DNA from: Octopus sinensis
Taxonomy: Eukaryota
Assembly: GCF_006345805.1 (NCBI RefSeq)
Contig: NC_043017.1
Coordinates: forward strand, 4,836,001-4,900,000
DNA length: 64,000 nucleotides
Direction: 5' to 3'
Position 1 is the stretch's first letter, and each line of letters starts with the position of its first letter. The notes under the pieces were generated by a model. It ran no database searches, was not told where the DNA came from, and saw nothing but the letters and a program-made list of their open reading frames with translations. Of the stretch, positions 24,483-36,765 are shown one piece after another. The translations under genes and the position numbers were made by a program.

Positions 24483-25637
24483 TGATTGTGTGTGTGTGTG
24501 TAAATCATTCTCCACTCTACACCTCGCACACATGTGTGCTTGCTGTGTATATAAACTGAGCACAGAGAAAAAGACATACGCACAATACAGCTGTACAATA
24601 GATCTATGCATTCACACACACACACACACACAACAGACTTTCACATGCACACACATTCACACACACACACACATATTGTCTCACACACATTCATAAAATT
24701 CATTAACACACACAGTCATGCACACACAAGCACACACATGCACATACCCTCATAGTGTTAGATACCCATTCACACGCACACATTCACACAACACACACAC
24801 ACACACTTGTCCCCTCACAGACTTTCACATGCACACACAATCACACACACACACACACACATATTGTCTCACACACATTCATAAAATTCATAAACACACA
24901 CACACACAATCACATATGTGTGTGTGTGTGTGTGTGTGTGTGTATCTGATGATTCACTCTGCTGCTATTGAAGATGTCTGGCTGCATGCAATGCTTTCAG
25001 GAAACAGAAAGATGACTAGATTGACGTACGTGCGTTGTTGTTGATGTTGTTGCTGCAGTTCAGAGCCATTTCGGCCCTGATCAAAGACAATCTAAACATG
25101 ACCACCTTGTCCCCCTTAGGCACCTTATCTGCGATTACATCATCATTATCCTGTATGTGCTGAGATGTATGTGTGTGTATGTATGTATGCATTGTGTCCA
25201 AAGTATGTATATAGCTTTGTGTGTGTATATATATATATGTTTGTGTATATCCTTGTCATATACTCACACATATACCTATGTGTGTGTGTGTGTATGTATA
25301 TCACTATTTCTATATGCATGCGTGTAGTTATATATATATACATATAGATGTGTAGGTATATAATTATGTGTATATATTTGTCTGTGTGCGTGTATATACA
25401 TACTTAAACATGTAAATATAATGTGAACATCAATGTATTGTGTGTATGTACATATACACATACATGTGTATATATATGTATATATATATATATATAATCA
25501 ACATTTTTATCAATGTGTGTGTATATGTATGTGTGTATATGTATATATACATATATTTATATATATATAATGTATACATACATAATATATGTATATATAA
25601 TGTGAATGTGTATGTAATATAAATGTGTGTGTATATT

Positions 25638-25678
<41 letters not shown>

Positions 25679-25987
25679 TATATAAATGTTCACAAATGTG
25701 TACACACACACACACAAAATAAACTTCTTTTGTGTGGAATTACTATCAAAAAATGAGCAACAGGTAAACACACACAAGACAAAGTACTCGCAAGGTCACT
25801 GTACTCTTTCAACAGGTGTGGACCAAGGCTGAAGGCAATTTTGGTACATTAATCAACAGACCTGCTTCTGTTCATTTTTTTTTCCCCCACCATTCTGGGT
25901 CTGAAACCGGGACCATGTGTTTGGAAAACAAGCTTCTTACCACACAGCCACACCTGTACCTATATACCTGTATATGTAATTTTACTC

Positions 25988-26230
25988 TGTGAAGGTGTAC
26001 AGTTTAGTGGTTAAGGTGTTGCATTCATCACCGTAAGATTGCAGTTTCAATACCTGGACTGGGTGATGTGCTGTGTTCTTGAGCAAGACACTTCATTTCA
26101 TATCGCTCCAGTCCACTCACCTGGCAAAAATGAGTCATCCTGTGCCAGACTGGTGTTCCATCCCATGTGGGAATATACTCTACATGGAAACTGGGAAACT
26201 GGCCTCATGGAGTCTACATGGTTTGGGAAG
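25988..26230 (+). mobile_element. tRNA-headed CORE-like SINE (family D2)
   Basis: Head followed by TGTGTTCTTGAGCAAGACAC...GCTCCAGTCCACTCA.CTGGCAAAAATGAGT; a better-preserved copy is on the minus strand at 30193-30427. Confidence 0.7.
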
Positions 26231-26499
26231 GATCTGTATCCTTTAATATTTCTCTCCAAAACACATTCACACCCTGTTGTTCATTACTACAGACACAGAC
26301 TGGAGTCTGGTGCAGCCTTGCAGCTTGCTAGCCCTGGTCAAACTGTCCAACAGATGGACAACAGATGTTAAATGATGATGATGATGATAGACACACGTTC
26401 ATGTATGTGTGTAGTTATGAAAGTAACACAGACATAGGTGTGGCTGTGTGGAGGTGCTGGTGTGGCTGTGTGGAGGTGCTGGTGTGGCTGTGTGGAGGT

Positions 26500-27300
26500 G
26501 CTGGTGTGGCTGTGTGGTAAGGAGTTTGCTTTCCAACCACATGGTTCTACTGTGTGCTCGAGCCGACCAAAGCTTTGTGAGTAGATTTGGTAGATGGAAA
26601 CCGAAAGAAGCCCATCGCATATATATACATACATATATATATATATATCTCTTTTACTCTTTACTCTTTTACTTGATTCAGTCATTTGACTGTGGCCATG
26701 CAGAGCACTGCCTTTTAGTCGAGCAAATTAACCCCGGGACTTATTCTTTGTAAGCCCAGTACTTATTCTATCGGTCTCTTTTGCCGAACAGCTAAGTGAC
26801 GGGGACGTAAACACACCAGCATCGGTTGTCAAGCAATGCTAGGGGGACAAACACAGACACACAAACACATACACACACATACATATATATATATACATAT
26901 ATACGACAAGCTTCTTTCAGTTTCCGTGTACCAAATCCACTCACAAGGCATTGGTCGGCCCGGGGCTATAGCAGAAGATACTTGCCCAAGATGCCACGCA
27001 GTGGGACTGAACCCGGAACCATGTGGCTGGTTAGCAAGGTACTTACCACACAGCCACTCCTATCTGTCTTTATATGTCTTCATGTCTGTGTTTGTACCCC
27101 ACTGCTGCTTGACAGCTGGTGTTGGTGTGTTTATGTCTCTAACTTAGTGGTTCACCAAAAGAGACTGATAGAATAACTACAAGTCTTAAAAAAAAGGAAA
27201 AATAAGTATTGGTGTCAGTTTGCTCCACTAAACATTCTTCAAGGCGGTGCCCCAGCATGGCCACAGTCTAATGACTGAAACAGGTAAAAGATAAATGAAA
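26500..27300. mobile_element. Family A SINE (+) interrupted by a full-length family A SINE (-, 26652-27062)
   Basis: 5' half at 26500-26640, complete antisense copy, then 3' half at 27063-27300. Confidence 0.8.
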
Positions 27301-27965
27301 AGACAAATGTATGTGTGTAGTAACATGTACATGTGTGTGTGTGTGTGTGTAGAATACTCTTCCTCATTTCATGGTGCTTGCTGCCCACTCTAAATCGTAT
27401 CCATTGAGTTATTTAACAAGTCAACCACACGTAACCTAGTTCCCAATCAGTCGATATTTAGGTGAGGAAACAGAGGCCAGACATTGTCATTAAGGATCAA
27501 AACTTCAGTGAAATTTACTTACTTGTGCTATTGATTAACTCCCCTCCCAATCAATAATTTAGATACACTTTTCTAAACTTCATTATTAATTCACTTTGAC
27601 CAGTTCACACATTGTGTGAGTAGAGTGACTTGTTTAACACCCTGAAGTCTTTCAAACTTTTTCGGTTTTCAGCTCAGCCTAGAAATTGTTTTCTACTTAG
27701 GAGTGAATGAATACAAGCGCTGATGAGGAAACTTCTATGTGGTCAGATGATTTGCTAGAAATAAGTCCAGTTTCTCTTAAATAACACTACTGTCATAAAA
27801 CGGGACAACTTGTCTATCCTAAAGAATATAATCCTGGATTCAAAAGACAGGATGGTCATAGCTGGAATGCCTTCAGTGATACTTCTATTCACTCAGGGAT
27901 AAAATAGTTTGAGGAAGATTCTATATCAGGAGTTCTCAACTGAGGTTCAAATGGCCCTTGGGGGT

Positions 27966-28202
27966 CTTACTCTTTACTCTTTTACTTGTTTCAGTCATTT
28001 GACTGTGGCCATGCTGGAGCACCACCTTTAGTCGAACAAATCAACTCCAGGACTTAATCTTTGTAAGCCTAATACTTATTCTATCGGTCTCTTTTGCAGA
28101 ACCGCTAAGTTATGGGGATGTAAACACACCAGCATCAGTTGTCAAGCGATGTTGGGAGGACAAACACAGACACACAAACATGCACACACACACACACACA
28201 CA

Positions 28203-28235
<33 letters not shown>

Positions 28236-28410
28236 CACATATATACGATGGGCTTCTTTCAGTTTCCATCTACCAAATCCACTCACAAGGCTTTGGTCAG
28301 CCCGAGGCTATAGTAAAAAACATTTGCCCAAGGTGTCATGCAGTGGGACTGAACCCAGAACCATGTGGTTGGTAAGCAAGCCACTTACCACACAGCCACT
28401 CCTGTGCCTA
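27966..28410 (-). mobile_element. Full-length family A SINE
   Basis: Reverse complement of the 8541-8953 copy with an expanded (CA)n centre. Confidence 0.9.
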
Positions 28411-28544
28411 TATTTGTATAAAATTCCGTTAAAATCTATTTGCAATAAATTACTTACATCTCTGCAGGGCACAAAATATTTTAAATTTCTTTCTTATACA
28501 GTTCCTAATAATATTTAGTTATAGGTGGCAAGTAAAAAGAACCC

Positions 28545-28980
28545 TTTGAGCATTGGGACTGACAGAGGCAATGACAAATGACTGAAACCTTTGGCAATAT
28601 GCTGTGCTTGAGAAGACTCATCAAGCATGTGTCCATCATCATCATCATGATCACCATCACCACCATCACCATCATCAACATCACCATCATCATTATCATC
28701 ACCACCATCACCACCATCACCACCATCATCATCATCATCCAAGTAGTTGTGGAAGATACTGGTGCCATGCAACTGGCATTCTGTGCTGGTGGTATGGAAA
28801 AGAATCAGTTACACTCTTGCAGTGGTTGACATTAGGAAGGGTATCCGGCCGTAGAAACCATTCCAAATCAGACTGGCGTTTGGTGTAGCCCCTTAGCTTA
28901 CCAGCTCTGGTCAAACCATCCAACCCATGCCAGCATGGACAATGGACATTAAATAATGGTGTGATGATGATGATGATGAC
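28545..28980 (+). mobile_element. RTE 3' end (ORF2 terminus LGLTEAMTND*NLWQYAVLEKT plus tail) with an inserted (CAT/CAC)n tract
   Basis: Matches the ORF2 end at about 44870-44940 and the RTE tail. Confidence 0.75.
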
Positions 28981-29789
28981 AGGATGGTTTTAGATATTGA
29001 ATGGCTAAGAAGATCCATCTGAATAAAATAGGAATTGAAAAGGTTAAGAAATACTGCTCCATGCAGTCATGTTATTTGCTAGAAATAGCAGTCTAGTTTC
29101 TCTCAAATCATATTAATATCATAAGATAGGATAACCTGGTTATTCTGGAGAATGTATTCCTGGATGTATTATATTTTAGAAAAAAGATATGATGGTCATG
29201 GCTGGAATGCCTTTGATATTTCTATTCATCATGAATATAATGGCTTCTCATGTGGTCTGCTAGAAGTAACAGTCTAATCTCTTTCAAATCACATTATTAT
29301 CCTAAGAGATATGCAGTCCTGAATACATTTATAGTTCAGCAAAAAAATACAGGATGATGGTCATAACTGGAATGTCTTTGATCATATTTCTTTTCACTCA
29401 GAGCTGCTGACCTGGGGCTGAACAACCCACCAAATGTTAAGTGGTGTGACCTTCAAAATTACTTGACCTGAAATGCTACTAACTGTGGCGTCTCTTGACC
29501 ATTCCGACCCCCACCCCTTTCTCCCCCCACTTAGTGTAATGTTAAGACAAAGTGAAACTGAAGAATTATTTGGACAGTGACAGCATTTATGAAAGGATAT
29601 GGCGGCAGTGGCGGCAACGTTATTAGATTCAGTGATGAATCACAGAAAACAAAGAATTCAGACTTCCTCAAGTGTTGAAACAATCACGGTTTTGGAGTAG
29701 CGCACTACACTCTGAGACTCACCCTACTTTCTTTACCCTCAGCCATTCTGCAATCCTCTACTTCTCTCTCTCTTTCTCTCTCTCTCTTC

Positions 29790-30011
29790 ATCTCCCATTG
29801 TCACAATGTGTGTGTGTGTGTGTGAATGCTCTGTGTATGTGTGTGTGTGTGTGTGTATGCATATATGTGTGCTTGTATAGACACATGACACTCACACACA
29901 CAACGGAGTAACATGCTATGTATAATAAATGTGTATGTATGTAAATGTACAAGATGTATGTATAACATGTAACTGTATTATGAAATGTATGTATGTATAT
30001 ATATATATATG

Positions 30012-30043
<32 letters not shown>

Positions 30044-30125
30044 GTATGTATGTATGTGGTATGTATGTATGTATGTATTATGCATGTATGTATGTATGTA
30101 TGTATGTATGTATGTATATGTATTT

Positions 30126-30163
<38 letters not shown>

Positions 30164-30185
30164 CTGTATGTATAATGTATAAATA
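29790..30185. repeat. (TG)n/(TATG)n microsatellite
   Basis: Direct reading. Confidence 0.93.
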
Positions 30186-30192
30186 TTGCACC

Positions 30193-30427
30193 CTTTTAAA
30201 GCCTAGCCAGGCTCATGGGCCCGGTTTCCCAGTTTCTAAGGCGTATGTGTTCCCCAGCTGGACGGGACGCGAGTCATCGCAGTGTACTCATTTTTGCCAG
30301 CCCAGCTGAGGGGACAGGAGCAACGTGAAATGAAGTGTTTTGCTCAAGAACACAACGCATCGCCTGGTCCAGGAATCGAAACCACAATCTTACAATCATG
30401 ATGCTCACACCCTAACCACTAAGCCAC
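30193..30427 (-). mobile_element. tRNA-headed CORE-like SINE (family D2)
   Basis: Minus-strand A-box TGGCTTAGTGG, B-box GGTTTCGATTCC, CORE-like TGTGTTCTTGAGCAAAACACTTCATTTCACGTTGCTCC. Confidence 0.8.
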
Positions 30428-31093
30428 ACACACACACATATATGGATAGATAGATATGTAATAATAATAATAATAATAATGATAATGAAAATAATAATAC
30501 TCCTTTCTACTAAAGGCTCAAGGCCTGAAATTTTGTGGGAGGGGACTAGTTTCAAGCCTCCGCTCTTCTACAGAAAGGGACACAGAAAAAACAAGGAGAG
30601 AAACAAGGAGAGCAAAAAAATGTGTGTAGTGGCTAACGATGGGCTTGTTTCAGTTTCTATCTACCAAAACCACTCACAAAGCTTTGGTCAGCTTGGGGCT
30701 ATAGTAGGAGACACTTGTCCATGGTGTTATGCAGTGGGGATTGAGCCTGGGACCATGTAGTTGGGAAGCAGGCCTCTTACGATACAGCAACACCTGCACT
30801 TACATTACACACACACACACAGAACAGAGAGAGAGGTAGTGTCCTATATATGTATTGCATAAGAAAGTGTCAGTCCATCTGAGCTCTTCTGGGAGACAAG
30901 AGTCTCTTGTTGCAGTGTGTATGACATACAAAGGTCAACGAGTTAAAGCTAATGTCATCATCAAAGTGGAATATCTGCCAGAACACTACGATTTCCTCTT
31001 CCCATTCTCTTCCATCTTTGGTCAAAATCTTACATTGCAACTGTTTCATTTCTTTACATACCTCTACTTACATCTACTCCTCTGTGTGTGTTT

Positions 31094-31132
<39 letters not shown>

Positions 31133-31515
31133 TACACACACACGCACATACACGCACACACACACAAACACAAACGCACACATACACACACTTTACATAT
31201 TCTTAACTTTACATATTCGTTTACATATACACACACATCTAATTGTATCAACATACACTCTAGTTACACACACATCCATTGTTTATATATGTATGTATAT
31301 ATAAACACTTAAATATATGTATTTATATATACATACATATACACATATATGCATACACAAAATCTGTTTATATAAACGTATCCACATCCTCATGTGGTTC
31401 TTACGCATACAGACAAAACACTTCCACACACACACACACAATATAAATATATGGATACATTATATATATATACTCACACACACCCTTGTGTGTATATAGA
31501 GTGTATTATGTGCAT

Positions 31516-31900
31516 ATAGGCGCAGGAGTGGCCATGTGGTAAGTAGCTTGCTTCCCAGCCACATGGTCCTGGGTTCAGTCCCCCTGCGTGGCCCCTTGGG
31601 CAAGTGTCTTCTACTATAGCCTCGGGTCAACCAAAGCCTTGTGAGTGGATTTGGTAGACAGAAACTGAAAGAAGCCTGTTTATATATGTGTGTGTGTATG
31701 TGTGTGTGTGTGTGTCTGTTCCTCCACTATTGCCTGGCAACCAGTGTTGGTTTGTTTACGTCCCTGTAACTTAGTCTACGAGTCTTGTTTGTCAAGTCCC
31801 AGACGTGAAGCAAATTAAGTCGATTGTTTGATTGAGCACATCCAGGTGGTGCCCCAGCATGACCGTAGTTCAATGCCTGAAACAAGTAAGAAAATAAAAA
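31516..31900 (+). mobile_element. Near full-length family A SINE
   Basis: TAGGCGCAGGAGTGGCCATGTGGTAAG head through the 3' GAAACAAGTAA end. Confidence 0.88.
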
Positions 31901-32139
31901 GATATATATATATATATATATGTATATACACATTCAAAATTTAAAGGACTGACCATTAAAAGTGGACGGTCAATATGCTAGACATAGACGTCAAAATCGC
32001 TATTTTCCACGAAGAATGTGTTCTCTGTAAAAAATATTTTAATCTTTGGATATTTTAATATGTTAGGCCACTGGTTTTAATTGATTAATATCAATTTCTA
32101 CCCTTATTCAATTATATATATATATATATATATATATAT

Positions 32140-32340
32140 CATTCAAAATGTGACCGCGTGTGTACCATTGGCGATTTTTTTTTTCCCCTCCATCTTGCCT
32201 TCCTTGGATCTTTCCTTTTCCTATGTTTCTGACGAAGAGCTCTGCTTGAAACGTTAAATCCTCCTTCTTTCTTTCCTTTCCTGAGCGTCCAATAATACTA
32301 TACTTGTTCCACCTCGTGTTTTCATGCTTGGATTAACTAT
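32140..32340 (+). mobile_element. ~200-bp (TA)n-embedded non-coding element (family J) with a minimal hammerhead at 32225-32259
   Basis: GTTT-CTGACGA-A-GAGC-TCT-GCTT-GAA-ACGT-T-AAAT. Homologous copies at 33130-33290 (-) and 51858-52078 (+), each bounded by TA runs. Confidence 0.7.
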
Positions 32341-32416
32341 ATATATATATATATATATATATAAATGTGTATATGTTATCAATATATAACCATTTCTTTA
32401 TTTATTTCTTTTGCAG

Positions 32417-32544
32417 AATATGATGCCAGAGCTTACGATGACCAGAGCCTGGGAGAAACTTACCCGGAAATGCCAAATTGGGAACCTAAATATTGTGTTC
32501 TTCTGCAGAACATCAAAAAGTTTTACCATTATTCTTCAGAAGAG
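32417..32544 (+). CDS. raskol: Internal coding exon A (128 nt, phase 1 in, phase 0 out) of a probable RasGAP of the raskol/nGAP/DAB2IP/SynGAP family, N-terminal region
   Basis: Acceptor ttatttcttttgcAG at 32415-16 and donor GAG|GTAGGA at 32545. Reads xYDARAYDDQSLGETYPEMPNWEPKYCVLLQNIKKFYHYSSEE in non-repetitive sequence. The W-x-P-x-YCVL...Y-x-SEE motif matches my recollection of arthropod/mollusc raskol-type N-termini. Exon status is strong; the family identity is from memory and needs BLASTP. Confidence 0.7.
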
Positions 32545-32649
32545 GTAGGAACATTTTCAACAAACCTCTGACTACTTCTATTGATTTGAGAGAGAGAGAG
32601 GGGGAGGGAGTGTGTGTGTGTGTTATATACAGATAAGGATATTATGTGA

Positions 32650-33075
32650 GTGCATGGCCTTACTGGCACTTGTGCCCGCGCTAGTAGGGTGCCAAGAGCA
32701 CCATCCGAGTGTGATTGTTGCCAGAGCGGCTAAGTGGCTTCTGTGCCACTGGCACGTAAAAGGGCACCATTCGAGCGTGATCGTTACCAGCGTCGTCTTT
32801 CTTTCACCTGTGCCGGTGGCATGTGTAAAAAAATTCGAGCGAGGTCATAGCCAGTACCGTCTGACTGGCCCCCGTGTCGGTGGCATGTAAAAAGCACCCA
32901 CTACACTCTCAGAGTGGTTGGTGTTAGGAAGGGCATCCAGCTGTAGAAACACTGCCAGATCAGACTGGAGCCTGGTGCAGCCGTCTGGTTCGCCAGCCCT
33001 CAGTCAAAATCGTCCAACCCATGCTAGCATGGAAAGCGGACGTTAAACAATGATGACGACGATGATGATGATGAT
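32650..33075 (+). mobile_element. RTE 3' UTR/tail (family E)
   Basis: Tandem GTGCC.GTGGCAC-GTAAAA units and a (GAT)n tail. Confidence 0.88.
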
Positions 33076-33129
33076 GATGATGGATGGATGGATGGATGGA
33101 TGTTTAATCAATTCAAATAACCAACACAA

Positions 33130-33290
33130 AAAAAAAAATGAAAATAACAAACCTGAGGACATGTACAAGAAATATATTAGCTTGGTGCTCGGTGTAAGGA
33201 GAGAGTTTGACATTTTGAGCAAAGCTCTTCGTCGGAAAGGAGAAAGAGTAAAGACCAAGGATGGAGAAGATTTTCCAATGGCACACGTAT
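33130..33290 (-). mobile_element. Family J element, CpG-decayed hammerhead motif at 33205-33239
   Basis: Minus strand CTTT-CCGACGA-A-GAGC-TTT-GCTC-AAA-ATGT-C-AAAC. Confidence 0.6.
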
Positions 33291-33654
33291 ACAGATACAT
33301 TATATATGTGTATGTTTGTATGTATTCTTATACTGGTTTCAGTTATTGGACTCTGGCCATGCTGGGGCACCATGTTATTCAAGAGTTTTAGTGAATCATA
33401 TTCCCAATATTTCAAACTGGATTTTGAAGTTTTTTGGGGTTGTTTAACCCTAGGTCAGTCTTGGTCCAGCAGATATTTCAATTCTGATCATGCTATCTAT
33501 TTATTATTTTTTTTTTGTCACACTGGGTATATCTAGGATTACATTACTTCATTCTTTGAGACGGTAGCATGTAATTACATTGAGATTTTGCTGTTGTTTC
33601 TAGCAGATCAAGTGACCACTTAGTGGCTTCTTTATTGGTTACCTGTCTACATTT

Positions 33655-34205
33655 CTACATATGTATGTGTGTATACACACACACACACACACACACACAC
33701 TTGTACATACATGAACACACTCATACATACATGCATGCACACATACATACATACATACATACATACATACACACACACATACACACACACATACATACCA
33801 CATACATACATACGTACACACACATACATGCACATACATACATACACACATACATACACACACATACATACACACACATACATACATACACATACATACA
33901 CACACATACATACATGAACATTCATACATGCACACACACGTACATGTATGTGTGTATACATGTATGTATTTATGTATCATACCTGTGCGCATTTACCTGT
34001 GAACACATCTCAGTATTTGAATGTGTGAATGTGTGTGTGCATGTTTATATAGATGTGTGTAAGTGTGTACCTTTGTGCATGTGTCTACATGCACGTGTGT
34101 GTTTGTGCACACATGTAGCCATGGAATCCTGCACCGAGGATGTGTACATGTGATCGCATATATCTTTATGCATTTGTATATATATATATATATATATATA
34201 CACAC
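33655..34205. repeat. (CA)/(TACA)/(TG) compound microsatellite
   Basis: Direct reading. Confidence 0.92.
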
Positions 34206-35261
34206 TGGAGCAGTTCTTCACACTTCGCTTTGTTGTACTTCCGCATTTACCATTGGAATCGGATTTCTCTTTGAATCTCTCAGGGGAAATAGGTTGCCTT
34301 TCTGTCTGTCCGTGCGTCAGCCTGTCTGTCTCTTTCCCATTGTTGTCGTTGGATGAGCCAATGGAGGATTCTGGTTGAATGAGAAGATGAAAACAGGAAG
34401 ATAAAGGATGAGGATGAAAAGCAGAGGGAAATAAGGGGAATGGTTGGCGTTGGAGAAACAGAGGGGAAAAACACAAAAAGGGTTCTAGAAAGAATGAAAG
34501 AGAAAATAGGGTTAAAAGAACAGAGAGAAATGTTCGGGGGGATGGGGGACAAAGGTCAAGGTAAATAGGATATAATGATTCTAGAGGCGTGGGTTGTTTC
34601 AGTCATTTGACTGTGGCCATGCTGGGGCACCACCTTGATGGCTTTTTGTCAAACAAATTGATCCCAGTATGTTTTTTTTTTTGTAAATAAAATTTCTGAT
34701 CCTGATTCTGTTGGTGTCCTTTTGCTGAACTGCTAAGTTAGTTTTATGTTTTTGCTTAATTGTATGGTTTACTCTGAAATAGGGGCCATGTCTCTACACT
34801 GAAGTAGGGGCCTCGCTTATCAGATCAATAATATTTAGGTTAACTGTTTGTTTCAATCATTGGATGAATTCCTGAAAGGGGTGAAAGCGCTAAATAAATA
34901 CAGTTGAGGGAACCAATCTTCAGATTGTGCCAGGTTGTCTGGCTGAATCGTTAGCATACCTGGAAAAAACATGCTTGGTAGAATTTTGTCTATCTTTGGG
35001 TCCTGAGTTCAAATACTGCCTAGGTCAACTTTGCCTTTCATCCTTTTGAGGGGCCGATAAAATAGGTACTAGTTGAGCACTGGGGTCGACGTAATTGATT
35101 ATCCCCTTCCCCATCGAAGTTTCATGCCTTGTGCTTATAATAAAAGGGGCTGTTTTATTTTACCCCAACGATGATGGGCAGATACAATGCTGGCTGTATT
35201 TGAACTCAAAGCATACAGGACCATATCTAAATACAAGATGTATTGCTCTTGTGTTCTGTCT

Positions 35262-35485
35262 ACTTGTGCTGCCACCTGTTGGCACAAGAGCAGAATACTT
35301 GATGCGTGTGGGGAGGCACAAACAATCAATTTAATGATTTAAATCAATCACAGATTGAGTTTCCTAAGAATAACAGGTAGTTCTGACTGTATGGGACCCT
35401 TGGGTTATTACCACTTGTGCTGCCACCTGTTGGCACAAGCGCATAACATCTAGGGAGTGTGGGGAGGCACAAGCAATTGTTTTAA
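35262..35485. repeat. Direct duplication of a ~75-bp unit with an identical 27-bp core containing a CTCF-like motif
   Basis: ACTTGTGCTGCCACCTGTTGGCACAAG at 35262-35288 and 35413-35439, each followed by GTGTGGGGAGGCACAA. Confidence 0.85.
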
Positions 35486-36054
35486 CTCAATCCCAGAATT
35501 TATTTTTATAGACTCCCCCAGAAAGGTTAAGAGGGTTAAGCTGACGTCAAAGGGATTTGAACTTGTGACATGATTGAAATATCACAATGACATTATATGT
35601 AGAAGTCTACCATTACTCTTACACAACCACTACCGCCACCACCACCATGGCAACTACCATCACTACCATCATCATAAAACAATCTTCACCACAAACACCG
35701 CCACCATCACTGTTGCCAACGCCATTAACCAAAACACCATCACCACCACCACCACCACCACCATCATCAATTCCACCATCACCACCGCAATCACCATCCT
35801 GCCATTCTGTGACATCACACCAATCTGGAACTGTTATCTTACTTTGAAGACAATGGCAGATCTTTCAAACTGAAGGATTTCAAATGGATTATCTTGACAC
35901 AATTTTACATTTCTTTTCTGCATCAGTAAATTGGATTATTCCCTGTCTCACTGCCTGTCTGTCTGTCAGCCTCTCTCTCCCCTTTCTCTCCCTTCTCTCT
36001 CTCATATCTATATTTCTCTTTAACTGTAACTCATCTCTTTATCTCTCTATCGTT

Positions 36055-36088
<34 letters not shown>

Positions 36089-36554
36089 GTCTGTCTCTCT
36101 CTTTCTCCCTCATCTCTACCGATATCTTTTCATTGACAGATTAATTGAGAAATCGTTCTATTGATTAACTTCTGCCTGTGTGGGGGGGGGGGGAAGAGAG
36201 AGGGGGAGAGAGAGAGGTGTTTGTATAATTATTTAGCATCATCATCATCATCATCATCATAGCCATTCTCATCCTCATTCTTTTAATGCCTATTTTTCCA
36301 TGCGTGTATGAATTAGATGAAATTCACCAAGACAGATTTTCTATGCCTGGATGCTTTCCCAATCACCAACCCTCACCTGCTTCTAATCAAGGTAAATTTT
36401 CTCCTTGGCTGGACTTGTTTTCACATGGAAGAGGGAAAACGAACAAAGCCACTTGTACGACAGGGACACTTGTTTACAACTATGACATGATGTCTAAACA
36501 AGAAGACACACAGACATACACACGCACACACACACATTCGTAATTAACAGTGGA

Positions 36555-36725
36555 TTGATGATGATGAATTCCAATATTTTAAATCCAGATTTGTCCCCAT
36601 TAACGGGGACGGTTGGATCTACCTCACTCTTACAGCAATCACTCTCACACCATCTTGCCTGGTTTTGGGCATCCTCCATCCTCAAGCCAACCCTCCCAAT
36701 CTCCTCCTCCACCTGTTCTCTTTAC
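36555..36725 (-). pseudogene. 3' end of a third RTE-type LINE lineage
   Basis: Minus strand ...EEEIGRVGLRMEDAQNQARW...EVDPTVPVNGDKSGFKILE followed by (CAT)n on the minus strand. Confidence 0.55.
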
Positions 36726-36765
36726 GTTTCCTTATATATATATATATATATATAATATAATATGT

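Noticed and set aside
29589-29678. Short ORF MKGYGGSGGNVIRFSDESQKTKNSDFLKC as a possible first exon
   Set aside because: No convincing phase-1 donor and no recognisable homology.
33050-33391. ORF containing PEDMYKKYISLVLGVRREFDIL
   Set aside because: Antisense reading of a family J element between microsatellites.
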